Shown piece by piece: positions 62,460 through 64,000 of a stretch of 64,000 nt of DNA. Where the stretch lies: assembly GCA_964252035.1 (NCBI GenBank), contig OZ176213.1. One strand, given 5' to 3'. The position numbers and the translations under genes were made by a program. The notes beneath the pieces were generated by a model. That model did not search any database and was not told where the DNA came from. It saw nothing but the letters and a program-made list of their open reading frames with translations. Source of the DNA: Podarcis erhardii (Eukaryota). Every line of letters begins with the position of its first letter. Position 1 is the first letter of the stretch.

Positions 62460-62959
62460 TTTCAGACACACTGTATCATGTGACTATTGTCTGTGAAATA
62501 AAAAAACTTGGCATTTATAGTGTTCAATGTACTTAATCTTATTTTGTCTGAAATCCCACAGAACACAGTTCCTGCTTTTCATCTAAGATAAAATTGAAAG
62601 AAATGGGCTCGCAGGAAAAAAATAAATTTCATAAGTATATTTTTCCTCAAATATGTTATACATGGAATGAAAACTTTTTTAAAAAAAGAATGTAGATAGT
62701 ATATCTAGGTCTCTTGAGTCAGACTAAGTCTGCCTTTGCCAGCCTTGTAAATCCACCATGTTTTGGACTAGGTCTCTCATCAGTTCCAACTGATGGAAGC
62801 TGGACACCAGTTTGGTGAAGGATGGACTAAGGTAAACTCTTCCTTAAATGATAGTACACAGTTTTAAAACATGAATGATAAAGCACACTTTCTAGCATCT
62901 TTGCAATGAGAATTCAATGCACCCCCCCCCAAGATGTAAATTCACCATATTACAACAAC

Positions 62960-63705
62960 TTAGACTCCTTCCAACTGTTCTGAAGCTGGGCAAGGTAGGT
63001 CTTTTCCAGGCAGGTTTTGACTGGCCTCCACAGGATCTGCTAGTTTGCAAGAAAGCAAACTAACTCTCAGTCCAGTTCGTGAATTGGGCGAAATAATAAC
63101 CTATAGAAGTAAATTAGATTTATTTTTTTAAAAAAATACTTCTCCAAAAAATACAGTTTGCAGGAAGATAATGCAATTTTATATAAAGTTAGGACTACAT
63201 ATTATGCTGTGCAGTGGCAGTTTGAAGGAGAAGATGGGCAGGTGAGGGCTACTAGTCCTTCTGACCTTGTTTTCTCACAGAAAATCTTGGCGCGCGCACA
63301 CACACACTCTAGTTACTTTTAACTTCATCCACTTGGATGAGCAGTTACATACAGAAATCTGTTATCTACCAGAAAATGTACAAGCTGACAATTCCCCCAC
63401 CTGCCCCTCCAAAGTTGGTTGGTGTTGCCTCCTGCAGAACTTGCTGGATAAACTGGTCTATATTAATGGCAATCATAGAAAACGCCTTTTTCAAATCTCA
63501 GTTCTTGATTCACTAAAAGAAACTTCATAATGGATTCCTCAGAAGATGCTAATAGGGTGAGGGTTGTCATGGAGAATGGTGCTCATTTAGGTGTGTATTT
63601 CCTTATTTCTATACTTACTTTAAAATAAATTTTGCTTCGTTCTAGAAGAAGGTGCCATTTTAGGGCTGTTTTTTGAGCCTCTGTCAGAGTCTGGAACTCC
63701 TGGAC
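62960..63705 (-). CDS. MEIOB: Meiosis-specific OB-fold protein, last two coding exons (gene continues beyond the window)
   Basis: Exon 63619-63705 (VQEFQTLTEAQKTALKWHLLLERSKIYFK) and exon 62960-63100 (VIISPNSRTGLRVSLLSCKLADPVEASQNLPGKDLPCPASEQLEGV*) have canonical splice sites. They match the recalled MEIOB C-terminus and the FAHD1-MEIOB synteny. Both are below the ORF-track length cutoff. Confidence 0.9.
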
Positions 63706-64000
63706 CTAATGGAGTGACCACAATTTAATTGGTATGAAATGCGCATAAGCATGAAGTGAAGCATGAGTCAAAAGGAAGGTGAGTGTTTTCAGAAGTGCAT
63801 ACATACAGTAGGTTCACAGCAAAACCAAGCAAGCTTTGAAGGGCCTTGAAAGATAAGTAAATTTATTGCAGCATAACTTTTTGGGGGCTAGAGTCTATTT
63901 CATCAGATGCAGTACTGGTGCAATGCATTAAATCTCAGGCTCTCGATACGTGCTAAACACAACCTGAACCATAAACCTGAATAGAAGAGATCTATTTCTA

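Overview
Vertebrate genomic DNA, most likely from a squamate (probably lacertid) lizard; this is inferred from Sauria-type SINEs and a BovB LINE end. It has spliced genes, one 135-N assembly gap and dense SINE/MITE/LINE debris. Gene order: (1) the 3' part of a large + strand gene built from a tandem 4-exon, ~200-aa module (4 full copies plus 1 degenerate copy), probably mesothelin-like from its position; (2) CIAO3/NARFL (+, 11 exons); (3) HAGH (-, 9 exons); (4) FAHD1 (+, one coding exon), head-to-head with HAGH; (5) the last two coding exons of MEIOB (-). Most notable: gene 1 has two tandem-duplicated, intact, same-phase terminal exons. Each encodes a Gly/Thr/Ala-rich 16-residue-periodic stalk (~310 vs ~1130 aa) ending in its own GPI-anchor-like signal, suggesting a splicing-controlled short/long stalk switch. 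Exon boundaries were read by eye from splice sites and frame continuity. Gene and repeat names come from recalled sequences, not database searches.
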